Shown here: in pieces, positions 7,750 through 17,837 of the stretch
Position numbering within the stretch: position 1 is the first letter of the stretch
Layout of the letters: every line of letters starts with the position of its first letter
Virus record (IMG/VR): IMGVR_UViG_3300025723_001504
Location: 1-39,470 of that record
Length of the DNA stretch: 39,470 nucleotides
Strand: one strand, 5' to 3'
From: a virus
Taxonomy: Duplodnaviria > Caudoviricetes
Position numbers and translations under genes: made by a program
Notes under the pieces: model-generated
What the model was told of the DNA's origin: nothing
What the model saw: the letters and a program-made list of their open reading frames with translations, nothing else
The model's database searches: none

Positions 7750-9390
7750 TTGGCTATTGTACAAATCTCACAAATTACTAATCGTAAAGGATTAGCAGAA
7801 AATTTACCACAATTAGCTGGTGCCGAGTTCGGGTGGTCAACTGATACCCGCCAACTCTGGATAGGTAATGGCACACTTCAGGAAGGTGCCCCGGTTATCG
7901 GTAACACTGAAATTCTAACAGAATTTTCAGATATATTAAATTTTACAACAACTTACACTTATAAAGGCCTAGCAGCTGGGTATACTGTACAAACTGGATC
8001 AACGCCCGGAACTCCTATAACACAAAGTTTACAATCATGGTTAGATCAATGGGCTAGTGTAAAAGATTTTGGCGCCACTGGTGATGGTGTCACTGATGAT
8101 ACTGCGGCTATTAATCGTGCCCTTAATCAGTTGTACTGCCAACAAACAAACCCACAAATTCGACGCAGTTTATTTTTTCCAGCCGGTGTTTATGTTGTAA
8201 GTGATACAATTAACATTCCATCTTATGCAACACTCTATGGCGAAGGTGCAGATAATTCTGTAATTAGGTTAATCGATACCGGGGGTGTTGTACCTTATGT
8301 AGCGCAAACTGCTGATAGTCTACAACAAACTGGTGTTAACATTGGAACCGGGTCGTCTATACCTCCACAATACATAACCGTTACTAATCTTGGATTTCAA
8401 AGTGTTGATCCATTGTCTAATTTGTTTTTAGTTGGGCAAGCAAACAACTGCCGAGTTCAAAATGTAGGTTTTTATGGACCGCTGACTGTCGGCGATCTTA
8501 TTTCAAATACTAATGACACCAGCGGTGTTAGTTTTTATAGTACATCTAGTCTTGTTTGTAAACAAATTGTGTTAGACGGATGTGTGTTCAGCGGAACACA
8601 GTATGGAATATATGCTGAGACTTATAATCCTGATCCTTTAATTTTAATATCTCAAGAAATTCAAGGATTAACTGTAACCAATTCTGAATTTAATACACTT
8701 TATCGAGGTGTTTGGTTAGATAATACGGCCACTAATCCTCCCGGTCCAGGGCCAACGGGAGTTCGCATTACATGTAATCTCTTAGATAATATTCACAATG
8801 AAGGTATTGTATTTGGTAATGTAAGTTTAAACGCCTCGGGTCACAACATATTTTATGATGTAGGAAATCATTTTACAGGGTCAACTGGAACACCGTCGAC
8901 TCCAATTATTACAATTGAAAATGCCAATAATTTAAGTATTAGCGACCTTTTTCAACGCACACCACCCTATGCAACAATACATCCATGTGTTCAATTAAAC
9001 AATACTCAGAGCATTGCAACTACCAACGGTGCACAATTGTCCTTGGGAACGTATACTAGAGAGTCGGGCGGCAGTTTTGATATAGTCAATGATACTTCTG
9101 TGCCAGCTACAATTTTCACTGTAGACACTACACAGGTGGCAGCCTTTAGTGTTAATTATACTATATTGCGTGGATCTGGATTCCAGACCGGCACACTATT
9201 GGTATCAAGTAATGGCAGTTCAACCAATCTAAATTGGTCTCAGGACTTCGTAGAAAACGAAACAACCGGAGTAATATTGTCAGTAACTCAAACTAGTACA
9301 GATGTTTTTGTACAATATACATCAACCGGTACTGGTCCAAATTCTGGTATTCCCGGAACACTTAATTACTCTATTACATACTTAATTTAA
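7750..9390 (+). CDS. Tail/baseplate-associated protein with pectate-lyase-3-like beta-helix
   Basis: N-terminal LPQLAGAEFGWSTDTRQLWIGNG (tail-fibre/Mtd-N-like); SVKDFGATGDGVTDDTAAINRA; LFFPAGVY. Confidence 0.8.
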   Translation: MAIVQISQITNRKGLAENLPQLAGAEFGWSTDTRQLWIGNGTLQEGAPVIGNTEILTEFSDILNFTTTYTYKGLAAGYTVQTGSTPGTPITQSLQSWLDQWASVKDFGATGDGVTDDTAAINRALNQLYCQQTNPQIRRSLFFPAGVYVVSDTINIPSYATLYGEGADNSVIRLIDTGGVVPYVAQTADSLQQTGVNIGTGSSIPPQYITVTNLGFQSVDPLSNLFLVGQANNCRVQNVGFYGPLTVGDLISNTNDTSGVSFYSTSSLVCKQIVLDGCVFSGTQYGIYAETYNPDPLILISQEIQGLTVTNSEFNTLYRGVWLDNTATNPPGPGPTGVRITCNLLDNIHNEGIVFGNVSLNASGHNIFYDVGNHFTGSTGTPSTPIITIENANNLSISDLFQRTPPYATIHPCVQLNNTQSIATTNGAQLSLGTYTRESGGSFDIVNDTSVPATIFTVDTTQVAAFSVNYTILRGSGFQTGTLLVSSNGSSTNLNWSQDFVENETTGVILSVTQTSTDVFVQYTSTGTGPNSGIPGTLNYSITYLI

Positions 9391-9803
9391 TGTGGCCTAC
9401 AGTTTTTTCCGATAGGCTAACAGCCTGGGCGGAGCTTCGTAGGCAATGCCAAATACTTGATTTAGAATCTGCTCTAACTGCTATTAATGAATGGTGGTTT
9501 AATAGTCCTTGGCAACCGTATTATTTGCACTGGGACGACCAACCCAACTGGCCTGACCCTTGGCAACTTTTGAGTGATAATATATATTGTGATCTTGCAA
9601 AAGCACTAGGAATCCTGTATACTATAAGTTTACTAGACCGTGCGGATATGGACGATGCAGAGCTGGTTTTAATCGAAGATGGCAGTAATTTAGTCCTAGT
9701 GGCAAAAGAAAAATATATACTTAATTGGAACAAAGATTCAATTGTAAATACACACCAAGAAGTAAAAATCATTCGGCAGTTAAAGCAATATCAAATAAAA
9801 TAG
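9390..9803 (+). CDS. Hypothetical protein, weak resemblance to the transglutaminase-like cysteine protease fold
   Basis: 137-aa coupled ORF; WPDPWQLL...YCDLAKALGILYT. Confidence 0.65.
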   Translation: MWPTVFSDRLTAWAELRRQCQILDLESALTAINEWWFNSPWQPYYLHWDDQPNWPDPWQLLSDNIYCDLAKALGILYTISLLDRADMDDAELVLIEDGSNLVLVAKEKYILNWNKDSIVNTHQEVKIIRQLKQYQIK

Positions 9804-9831
9804 TAGTATATTAAAACAGAACGAGAGTTAG

Positions 9832-12156
9832 ATGACGCAGATTACAGTTGTAAAAAGAAGCGGCCAAAAAGAGCCATTACATATTGACAAGTGGCAAGCA
9901 CAAGTCGCTAAGGTATGTCAAGGCATTGCTGATGTTAGTCAGTCAATGATAGAAATTAAAGCACAGTTACATTTTTACGATGGTATTACCACTCAGGAGA
10001 TTGACGGGATTACTCTTAGGGCCATCGTAGATCTTATTGATATAGAATCAAATCCTGACATTGGCCATACCAATTATCAGTTTGTGGCCGGTAAACAACG
10101 CTTATCAATGTTGCGAAAAGATGTCTATGGAAGTTATGAAGTTCCACATCTTTATGAAATCGTAAAGAAAAATGTGGCCACGGGCCTTTATACAGCAGAA
10201 CTTCTTGAGTGGTATACTGAAGAAGACTGGAACCGCATGAACGACATGTTGGACCATGATAAGGATGAAGGATATAGCTATGCAGCAATTGAACAACTTA
10301 TCGAGAAGTATCTTGTTCGCAATCGCGCAACAAAAGAGATCTATGAGACGCCACAGATTAGGTATATTATTGCGGCCGCTACTGTATTCCATTCGGAAGA
10401 ACCTGGATCTGCCCGTATGCGTTACATCAAAGAGTATTACAACGCGGCGTCAGATGGTCTATTTACTCTTGCAACACCTGTGCTGGCTGGTCTTGGCACT
10501 CCAACTAAACAGTTTTCTAGTTGTGTGCTTATCCGCAGTGACGACAATCTGGATAGCATATTTGCTAGTGGGGAGATGATGGCCAAGTATGCGGCCAAGC
10601 GAGCTGGTATTGGCTTGGAAATTGGCCGCTTACGCCCACTAGGTGCTCCTATCCGCGGTGGCGAAGTCATGCACACAGGTATGATCCCATTCCTTAAAAA
10701 GTGGTTTGGAGATTTAAGAAGTTGTTCACAAGGAGGTATTCGTAATGCATCTGCCACTGTATTTTACCCTATTTGGCACTATCAGTTTGACGATCTTATT
10801 GTGCTTAAGAATAATCAAGGAACTGAAGAAACGCGAGTAAGATTCATGGATTACGGTGTGGTCCTAAACTCATTCTTCTGGCGTCGTTTTAAAAATAAAG
10901 AATCAATCACTTTCTTTGATCCAAACGAAGTTCCGGATTTGTATGAAGCATTTTATAAGAACACAGAGCTATTTGAAGAGCTTTATGTAAAGTATGAACG
11001 GCGTAAAGACCTTCGTAAAAAAGTAATGAACGCCGAGGATGTATTCAAAGGCGGCATACTAAAAGAGCGCACTGACACAGGACGTATCTATCTTGTGTTC
11101 ATTGACAACGTTCAGAATCAAGGGCCGTTTGATCCTGAATTCCATACCATTTATCAGAGTAACCTCTGTATGGAAATTCTTTTGCCGACTAAGAGCTTTA
11201 AACGCTTAGACGACGATGAGGGCAGAATCGCTTTGTGTACGCTCGGATCGCTGAATTGGGGAGCATTCCGCAATCCAGAAGATATGCGTAGAGCCAACAG
11301 AATCTTATTAAGATCACTTAATAATATCCTTGATTATCAAGACTTTTTGTCTATTCAAAGTAAATTAAGTAACGACGACATTCGCCCTATTGGTATCGGC
11401 ATCACTAACTTAGCATATTGGCACGCTAAACGCGGTCTGAAATACGGAAGCCCAGAAGCATTAGCCGAAGTTAAAACTTGGACGGAACACCAAGCGTATT
11501 ACTTAACAGAAGCTACTGTAGAACTTGCTAAAGAGCGAGGTGCTTGTTTACATTCAGAAAAAACACGATACGGACAAGGAACATTCCCGTGGGAATTAAG
11601 AGCCGCAGGAGTAAATGAACTTACAAACTTTGCCCCAGAGCTTGACTGGGAATCATTGCGTGAGCAAATGAAACAATACGGCGTTCGTAATGCTACTGTA
11701 ATGGCTGTGGCACCTGTAGAATCAAGTAGTGTAGTAATCAACTCAACTAACGGCATTGAGATGCCTATGAGCCTTATTACAGTTAAAGAGTCAAAAGCAG
11801 GATCGCTTATTCAGGTTGCTCCTGAATACAACAAGCTAAAATCAAAATATCAACTCATGTGGGATCAAAAAGATTGTATCGAATATCTCAAAACCGCGGC
11901 CGTCATTGCGGCATATACCGATCAAAGCCTGAGTTCAAATACTTTCTATAACCCTGCTCATTTTGCTGACAGAAAAGTTCCTACTACTTTGATTGCCAAG
12001 AACTTGATGTTGGCTCACAAGTTTGGCCTCAAAACGCTATACTACTCACTGATAAACAAGCAAGGTAGTAAAGGGCAAGATGATGAGGAAGCAACTGAAT
12101 TAGAAGTGATCGACTTTGATGAATCTGAGGAGGACTGTCTAGCGTGTAAACTGTAG
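9832..12156 (+). CDS. nrdA: Class Ia ribonucleotide reductase alpha subunit
   Basis: ATP cone (VVKRSG), TKQFSSC, CSQGGIR, QSNLCME, KTLYY, C-terminal CLAC. Confidence 0.97.
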   Translation: MTQITVVKRSGQKEPLHIDKWQAQVAKVCQGIADVSQSMIEIKAQLHFYDGITTQEIDGITLRAIVDLIDIESNPDIGHTNYQFVAGKQRLSMLRKDVYGSYEVPHLYEIVKKNVATGLYTAELLEWYTEEDWNRMNDMLDHDKDEGYSYAAIEQLIEKYLVRNRATKEIYETPQIRYIIAAATVFHSEEPGSARMRYIKEYYNAASDGLFTLATPVLAGLGTPTKQFSSCVLIRSDDNLDSIFASGEMMAKYAAKRAGIGLEIGRLRPLGAPIRGGEVMHTGMIPFLKKWFGDLRSCSQGGIRNASATVFYPIWHYQFDDLIVLKNNQGTEETRVRFMDYGVVLNSFFWRRFKNKESITFFDPNEVPDLYEAFYKNTELFEELYVKYERRKDLRKKVMNAEDVFKGGILKERTDTGRIYLVFIDNVQNQGPFDPEFHTIYQSNLCMEILLPTKSFKRLDDDEGRIALCTLGSLNWGAFRNPEDMRRANRILLRSLNNILDYQDFLSIQSKLSNDDIRPIGIGITNLAYWHAKRGLKYGSPEALAEVKTWTEHQAYYLTEATVELAKERGACLHSEKTRYGQGTFPWELRAAGVNELTNFAPELDWESLREQMKQYGVRNATVMAVAPVESSSVVINSTNGIEMPMSLITVKESKAGSLIQVAPEYNKLKSKYQLMWDQKDCIEYLKTAAVIAAYTDQSLSSNTFYNPAHFADRKVPTTLIAKNLMLAHKFGLKTLYYSLINKQGSKGQDDEEATELEVIDFDESEEDCLACKL

Positions 12157-12185
12157 GCAATAGTATTTCAGTGATAAATAATATT

Positions 12186-12950
12186 ATGAAATACATTGTT
12201 TATTGCCATACACTTAACTCTAAGAAGTATGTAGGCTACACTAAGAAGACTATATCAGAACGCTTAGAAGATCATATCAGCGAAGCGTTTGAAGGTTCGG
12301 ATAGACATTTCTATCGTGCTATTCGTAAATATGGTGTAGAGAACATAGTATCTGAACAGTTGTGCGAAACTACTACTAAACAAGCGGCTAAGAGTAAAGA
12401 GCGTTATTATGTTAAAAAGTTCGATACATTTAAGAATGGCTACAATATGACGCACGGTGGAGACGGTGGTAATACTACTGAAAAGTATTCGGATGAGGAA
12501 ATGAAAGATTTAAGTAATCGTAGGTCTATGCTACAGTCGGGTATGAAGAATAGTCGTGCTAAACCCGATATCACTAAAGAGATGATAGTAAATGCTGTAG
12601 TAGAATATGTAGTAGAAAATAACAAGGCCGGTGAATACATTCTGCGCAAAGAAATAGATGACACGTTGAAGCAAGAGTTAAATGTTAGTCCTATGATTAT
12701 GAAACAGAGATTTACTAATGGTAGAGCAGAACTATTAGCAGAAGTAAATGCTAAACTGAGTAAGGCGGGATTAGCAGAAGTGAAGTATGACCCTTACTAC
12801 AGAAGCGAAGAACAGCGTAAACAACTATCCTCGGCAACATCGAGTCATAGATGGGCAACAGACGGTGTTAAGAATGTTAAACTTAATGCTGAAGATTTAG
12901 AAAAGTTCTTAAAAGAGAACAAGACATACAAACAAGGTAGAACACTTTAG
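12186..12950 (+). mobile_element. Free-standing GIY-YIG homing endonuclease
   Basis: YIVY...KYVGYT...ERLEDH...KERYY...GYNMTHGGDGG; TAAATA at 12175-12180, 5 nt before ATG 12186. Confidence 0.85.
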
Positions 12951-13004
12951 GAACGGTTGGGTTCCTATAGAAGATTTAGAATGGAAAGAACTAAAGGAAG
13001 AAAA

Positions 13005-13553
13005 ATGAAATTCAAATATATTGTAGCAACAGCATTATTAGTATTAGCAGGTACAGCAGTAGCTCATAACTTAGCTATTTGCGAAGGCGAATTTGCTTTT
13101 TGTGGCGCCAGTGCCGCAACGCCAACAGGCAAGACTATGACAGTTAACGGCGCAACATATCAACAAGGTGTAGCAGTATGTCCTGTACTTACAGGCAAAA
13201 GTATTGCTGATTTAGAATTAATGAATGGCTCCTGTAAGCCACCTAAAGGTAAAGCAACGGTATGGAGTTTATTTGCTTACAAGTCTGAATACCCACAAGC
13301 ACCGAGTTGGGAAGTATTACCAGCACAACCAAGAACATTCGTTACAACAGAAGGCACAGGCGGCATGAGCAATATGTGGTCATTCCCTTGTGTAAGGGAA
13401 CCACAAAAAGTTAACGGTGTTACATTAGCTAAATGCTATGGTCCATTAAACGAATCACCATGGACAGGTACAGCAGTTCCTGTTGGTACTAAAGTAGTTA
13501 CTGACGCTCCTGTAGGCGCAACTTATTCTGTGGGCGGTAATTTACATGAGTAA
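13005..13553 (+). CDS. Secreted cysteine-rich hypothetical protein
   Basis: AAAGGA SD before ATG 13005; signal peptide MKFKYIVATALLVLAGTAVA; six Cys in the mature part. Confidence 0.75.
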   Translation: MKFKYIVATALLVLAGTAVAHNLAICEGEFAFCGASAATPTGKTMTVNGATYQQGVAVCPVLTGKSIADLELMNGSCKPPKGKATVWSLFAYKSEYPQAPSWEVLPAQPRTFVTTEGTGGMSNMWSFPCVREPQKVNGVTLAKCYGPLNESPWTGTAVPVGTKVVTDAPVGATYSVGGNLHE

Positions 13554-14646
13554 AGCACAATACAATCTAGCAACAAAAACAGACTACTTGCATCGCAAGA
13601 TGTTTCTTGACCCAGCAGGTCCTGTGACAATCCAACGCTTTGAAGAAGTTAAGTATTCAAAACTAACAAAGTTTGAACAGGAAGCTCGTGGTTTCTTTTG
13701 GGTGCCAGAAGAGATCAGTTTGACCAAAGATGCGAACGACTTTAAAGAAGCCAGCGACACAGTTCGTCACATCTTCACAAGTAATTTACTAAGACAGACA
13801 GCGTTAGATAGTTTACAAGGTCGCGGTCCAAGTCAAATCTTTACACCTGTGTGTAGTATTCCTGAGTTAGAAGCACTGATGTATGCTTGGACATTTTTCG
13901 AAACCAACATTCATAGTCGTAGTTACAGTCACATTATTCGTAATATTTACAACGTGCCCAAGGATGCGTTTAACACAATCCACGATACTAAAGAAATTGT
14001 AGATATGGCAAGCTCAGTAGGCAACTACTACGATGCGCTACACATTATTAACTGTCGCAAAGAACTTAGCGAGGCTGTTACAGAAAAAGAACACATTCGG
14101 GCTATCTGGTTAGCACTACACGCCTCATACGCACTGGAAGCATTCCGCTTTATGGTAAGTTTTGCTACAAGTTTGGCCATGGTTGAAAATCGTATCTTCA
14201 TCGGCAACGGCAATATTATTAGTTTAATTCTTCAGGACGAGATCCTGCACAAAGATTGGACAGCTTGGATTATTAATCAAGTGGTCAAAGAAGATCCACG
14301 TTTTGCTGAAGCTAAAGCCGAGTGCGAAGCCGAAGTATATGCCATGTATCAGGATGTTATCCGTGAGGAGAAGCAATGGGCTGACTACCTGTTCCAAAAA
14401 GGACCTGTAATTGGACTGAATGCCAATATTCTCAAAGACTTTGTGGACTACACAGCAGTGGGCGCACTCAAAGAAGTAGGAATCAAGTATCAAACTCCTG
14501 CTCCCAAGACAACACCTATTCCATGGTTTAATAAGCATGTGAATACTAGTAACAAACAGACAGCACTACAAGAATCAGAATCAACCAACTATGTTATTGG
14601 CGTAATGAGTGATACACTTGATTATGAACAACTACCTAGTTTATAA
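13546..14646 (+). CDS. nrdB: Class Ia ribonucleotide reductase beta subunit
   Basis: FFWVPEE, QTALDSLQGR, ETNIHSRSY, LEAFRF, DEILH. Confidence 0.97.
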   Translation: MSKAQYNLATKTDYLHRKMFLDPAGPVTIQRFEEVKYSKLTKFEQEARGFFWVPEEISLTKDANDFKEASDTVRHIFTSNLLRQTALDSLQGRGPSQIFTPVCSIPELEALMYAWTFFETNIHSRSYSHIIRNIYNVPKDAFNTIHDTKEIVDMASSVGNYYDALHIINCRKELSEAVTEKEHIRAIWLALHASYALEAFRFMVSFATSLAMVENRIFIGNGNIISLILQDEILHKDWTAWIINQVVKEDPRFAEAKAECEAEVYAMYQDVIREEKQWADYLFQKGPVIGLNANILKDFVDYTAVGALKEVGIKYQTPAPKTTPIPWFNKHVNTSNKQTALQESESTNYVIGVMSDTLDYEQLPSL

Positions 14647-14665
14647 TAATAACAAGGAGACTATT

Positions 14666-14890
14666 ATGAAAGCAATTGTATGGAGTAAGAACGCCTGCCC
14701 TTTTTGTGATCAGGCAAAGAATTTGCTCAAGTCACAAGGTATTGAATTTGAAGAGCGCAATGTTCAAACCAACTGGACTAAAGAGCAGTTGTTAGAAGCA
14801 GTACCTAACGCAAGAACTTTACCACAGATATTTTTAAATAATAACTACATTGGCGGATTTACAGAATTACGAAAACACTTACAAGGATAA
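14666..14890 (+). CDS. Glutaredoxin
   Basis: CPFC active site, TLPQIF, IGGF; AAGGAG SD. Confidence 0.93.
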   Translation: MKAIVWSKNACPFCDQAKNLLKSQGIEFEERNVQTNWTKEQLLEAVPNARTLPQIFLNNNYIGGFTELRKHLQG

Positions 14891-14891
14891 T

Positions 14892-15194
14892 ATGAAGATA
14901 GAATTAGATCAGGTTTATACACTTAAAATTGCCAATGGCGATGAAATCGTAGCAAAAATTACCGCAGAAGACGACACAACCTATACTGTAGTCAAGCCAT
15001 TAACGGTAGTTCCGGGACCTCAAGGCATCAACATGATGAATAGCCTGTTCACTGCCAATCCTGACAAAAATGTGACTATAAATAAACAACAAGTGTCAAT
15101 TATTGCAGCTAGTCGTGAAGAAGTATGCGATAGTTACTTAGAGGCCACAACCGGACTAAAACCAGTTCGCAAGCCTTCAATTATAATGGGATAA
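14892..15194 (+). CDS. Small phage protein, possible Sm-like beta fold
   Basis: TLKIANGDEIVAK pattern of a type common in T4-like phages; fold is inference. Confidence 0.65.
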   Translation: MKIELDQVYTLKIANGDEIVAKITAEDDTTYTVVKPLTVVPGPQGINMMNSLFTANPDKNVTINKQQVSIIAASREEVCDSYLEATTGLKPVRKPSIIMG

Positions 15195-15195
15195 T

Positions 15196-15480
15196 ATGCC
15201 AGGATCAGTACAACGAGTAGGGGATGCTAATGCAGCCGGTGGGATTATACTCACCGGCGATCCCACTGTATTGGTCAATGGACGCCCAATTGCAACTATT
15301 GGTGCCAAAGTTGGTCCCCATCCTCCTTGCCCTATACCTGGTACTCATTGTGCGGCATTAACTACAAGCAAGTCAGTTACTGTATTAGTTGGCGGAAAAC
15401 CTGTATGCGTAACTGGTGATTTAGACACTTGTGGTCATCCTCGAGCATTGGGTAGTATTGATGTTATTATAGGTGGATAA
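15196..15480 (+). CDS. PAAR-domain tail spike tip protein
   Basis: QRVGD, VLVNGRPIATIG, HPPC...HC, VLVGGKPV...GDLDTCGH. Confidence 0.9.
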   Translation: MPGSVQRVGDANAAGGIILTGDPTVLVNGRPIATIGAKVGPHPPCPIPGTHCAALTTSKSVTVLVGGKPVCVTGDLDTCGHPRALGSIDVIIGG

Positions 15481-16438
15481 TTTGACAACAAGTGTACTAA
15501 CCTCGTTACAATTAGATGCCGCTGCTGGATTACTACAAAATCAAGGGATAGGCGTTAATACAGAACTAACCACGGCTATTTTGGCTTATGAATCAACACC
15601 ATTGATCACACCTTTGTTGGATACGCTTTTGGTAGCTGGTGCAGGAAATTTATTATCTAATGTTACTACTTTAGCAGTTGAAACTGTGGCTGCTAATTCT
15701 TGTCCAGCATTAAGTGATAGCGTACCGACATCCTACAACAGTCTTGGTACGCAAATGACCACTGTGGTCATTAATGAAGCCAACAAAGATATTTGTGGGA
15801 ATAATGTAAGCAAATTAGCGCAGGCTGTGAATCAAGCTGTTGGGTATACAAGTCAAACAAGTATTTTTATTAATAGTGCTGTAAATAGTCAAACTTATCT
15901 TGGAAATACTTTTACCTCGATTAACAATATGATCACCGGTGGAGTTACTACTATTAATTTAGCTACTACCACTTTTGGTCAAGACTTAATTAATCTTGGT
16001 CAGTTAATTAATTTAAATAATTTAAACAATTTAGGAAGTCCACTAGCATTGACACAACAAATATATTCAATTACTGGTACTATTCCGGTAGTTTCTATAT
16101 ATTTTATTGCTGCTGGTGTGCCTAGTACCGTAGTATTAAATTTAACTAATCCATCTGTATCAGTAGCAGACAATATACAGGCACTAATGTATCAAGCCAT
16201 GACGCAAATAACCGGAGACAATCTTAATCAAATTTTAACTGTAATGGGCGTTAAAACTGCTGGCATAACAACTATGGCAGATTTATTAAATCCTGTTAAA
16301 CTATTTCCTAACAGTTATCAAAGTCTCGCCACGCCAACCAAATATGGCCCTAGAGCAATTTACACTAACAGTTCAGGATCGGTTAACACAGAATTAAAAA
16401 CTTTGTTACCACCTTATGCTATGAGTAGTTTAGTATGA
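15473..16438 (+). CDS. Putative virion (tail/baseplate) protein
   Basis: 321 aa, N/T/L-rich, follows PAAR; function is inference. Confidence 0.65.
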   Translation: MDNLTTSVLTSLQLDAAAGLLQNQGIGVNTELTTAILAYESTPLITPLLDTLLVAGAGNLLSNVTTLAVETVAANSCPALSDSVPTSYNSLGTQMTTVVINEANKDICGNNVSKLAQAVNQAVGYTSQTSIFINSAVNSQTYLGNTFTSINNMITGGVTTINLATTTFGQDLINLGQLINLNNLNNLGSPLALTQQIYSITGTIPVVSIYFIAAGVPSTVVLNLTNPSVSVADNIQALMYQAMTQITGDNLNQILTVMGVKTAGITTMADLLNPVKLFPNSYQSLATPTKYGPRAIYTNSSGSVNTELKTLLPPYAMSSLV

Positions 16439-17418
16439 TTGCTTACGATAGACTAAGTCAGATTATACCACCAGATTGGGCATTGGCTAATAAGGCCTTG
16501 GCTACTAGTCTGCAACAACTGGCTGGCATTACAAATATGACTTTACCTGTGCTGGCCAATGCCGTGGCAAATTTACAAACAACTAACAATCTTCCTTTAA
16601 TATCGGCGTTGACAGAAGCTGTGCCGTCGGTGGTGTCTAATTATTTGTCTAATATTGCAGGAACTAATGGACAAAGTATAGCAGTTTGCGATGTACTAGG
16701 CGTTGCCGCTGGGTATCAAGTTACTGATAATTTTATTAATACTGTTGGTAATTTGGCTAATAGTAATGTTAGTTATCTTACTACAATCTATCAAACTATG
16801 AATAGCGTTGTAGGCAATGTCTACGGTGATCCAATCATAGGACCAATAACTATTCCGTCGGGGTATCCAGCGGCCGGTACTTACTATGCTGATTCTGGAA
16901 ATTCTGTTACAGCGGCTGATACAGCCTTCACTGGAGTTGGCGGCGATTTCTCACCAACCGGCCCAGGACTAATTCCTGTCGCTACAATCGAAATTGGTAA
17001 TATTGTCAGCGCCAATCCTAGTCAAACTGCCAATTTGAATTCTTCTTTTAATTTAATAGCTAACCAGGTAATTAACGAGCAAACTTTACAAGCCAAGGCA
17101 CAAATTGATTTTGCTAATCTTGTGCCTAACAATCAGTCTTTGATTTACAGTCTAATCTATGAATTACCAACTTACGGACAACAAACCGAGCAAGGCGGCC
17201 AAGCCCAATTTTGGGAAGGAGTAGCCAATCTATCTACATTTACTGGTCAGGCTATAGTTGCGGTATTGAGAGAAGGAAACAATCAACAATATTTAAATGG
17301 TGCAGGAATACAAACTAATGGTCCGGTGCCTGCAGAGCCAAATCCGCCTATTCCGCAGGCCAATCTTATCCCCTCCACTTATACAGCCGCCCAGGCCGCT
17401 AATTTAGTCATAAAATAA
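16435..17418 (+). CDS. Putative virion (tail/baseplate) protein
   Basis: 327 aa, N/T/A-rich, ATGA-coupled; function is inference. Confidence 0.65.
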   Translation: MIAYDRLSQIIPPDWALANKALATSLQQLAGITNMTLPVLANAVANLQTTNNLPLISALTEAVPSVVSNYLSNIAGTNGQSIAVCDVLGVAAGYQVTDNFINTVGNLANSNVSYLTTIYQTMNSVVGNVYGDPIIGPITIPSGYPAAGTYYADSGNSVTAADTAFTGVGGDFSPTGPGLIPVATIEIGNIVSANPSQTANLNSSFNLIANQVINEQTLQAKAQIDFANLVPNNQSLIYSLIYELPTYGQQTEQGGQAQFWEGVANLSTFTGQAIVAVLREGNNQQYLNGAGIQTNGPVPAEPNPPIPQANLIPSTYTAAQAANLVIK

Positions 17419-17446
17419 TCGTTGTAAAAATACCACACCCAAACGG

Positions 17447-17475
17447 TTGACCCAAAATGCCCCATTTGCTATAAT
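17447..17475 (+). promoter_or_regulatory. Sigma70-type early promoter
   Basis: TTGACC-N17-TATAAT with extended -10 TG. Confidence 0.85.
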
Positions 17476-17505
17476 GTATGTATAGTGAAAATAAAGGAGC
17501 AACAA

Positions 17506-17778
17506 ATGGGTTTCGAATCAATCGTATTAAATCAAGTAGCTGACACGCTAGCCCAAGATGACCTGGCTCAATTTTATAATGGCACTTTATTTGTAGGTAG
17601 CATTAACGAACGAGAAGCCCGTCAAGTTTTTCATATGTTGAGTAAAAATTACGGCCTAGGCCGTGTTCAAGTAACTCCCAAAATACTCAGCACAGGAGAA
17701 TATGCCTTTGATTTTGTTGCGGAAAAACAACACCAACCCGCTGAAGATTACAGCCCGTTTGCCACCGTAAACAGCTAG
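17506..17778 (+). CDS. Early hypothetical protein
   Basis: AAGGAG SD before ATG 17506; own promoter. Confidence 0.75.
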   Translation: MGFESIVLNQVADTLAQDDLAQFYNGTLFVGSINEREARQVFHMLSKNYGLGRVQVTPKILSTGEYAFDFVAEKQHQPAEDYSPFATVNS

Positions 17779-17779
17779 G

Positions 17780-17808
17780 TTGACCAGAAATGCCCGATTT
17801 GTTATAAT
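17780..17808 (+). promoter_or_regulatory. Sigma70-type early promoter, near-copy of 17447
   Basis: TTGACC-N17-TATAAT with extended -10 TG. Confidence 0.85.
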
Positions 17809-17837
17809 AGTTGTATAGTTAATAATAAGGAGCAGAT

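Noticed and set aside
9832-14646. Intein or intron in nrdA/nrdB
   Set aside because: Both ORFs are continuous and of normal length; the endonuclease lies between the genes.
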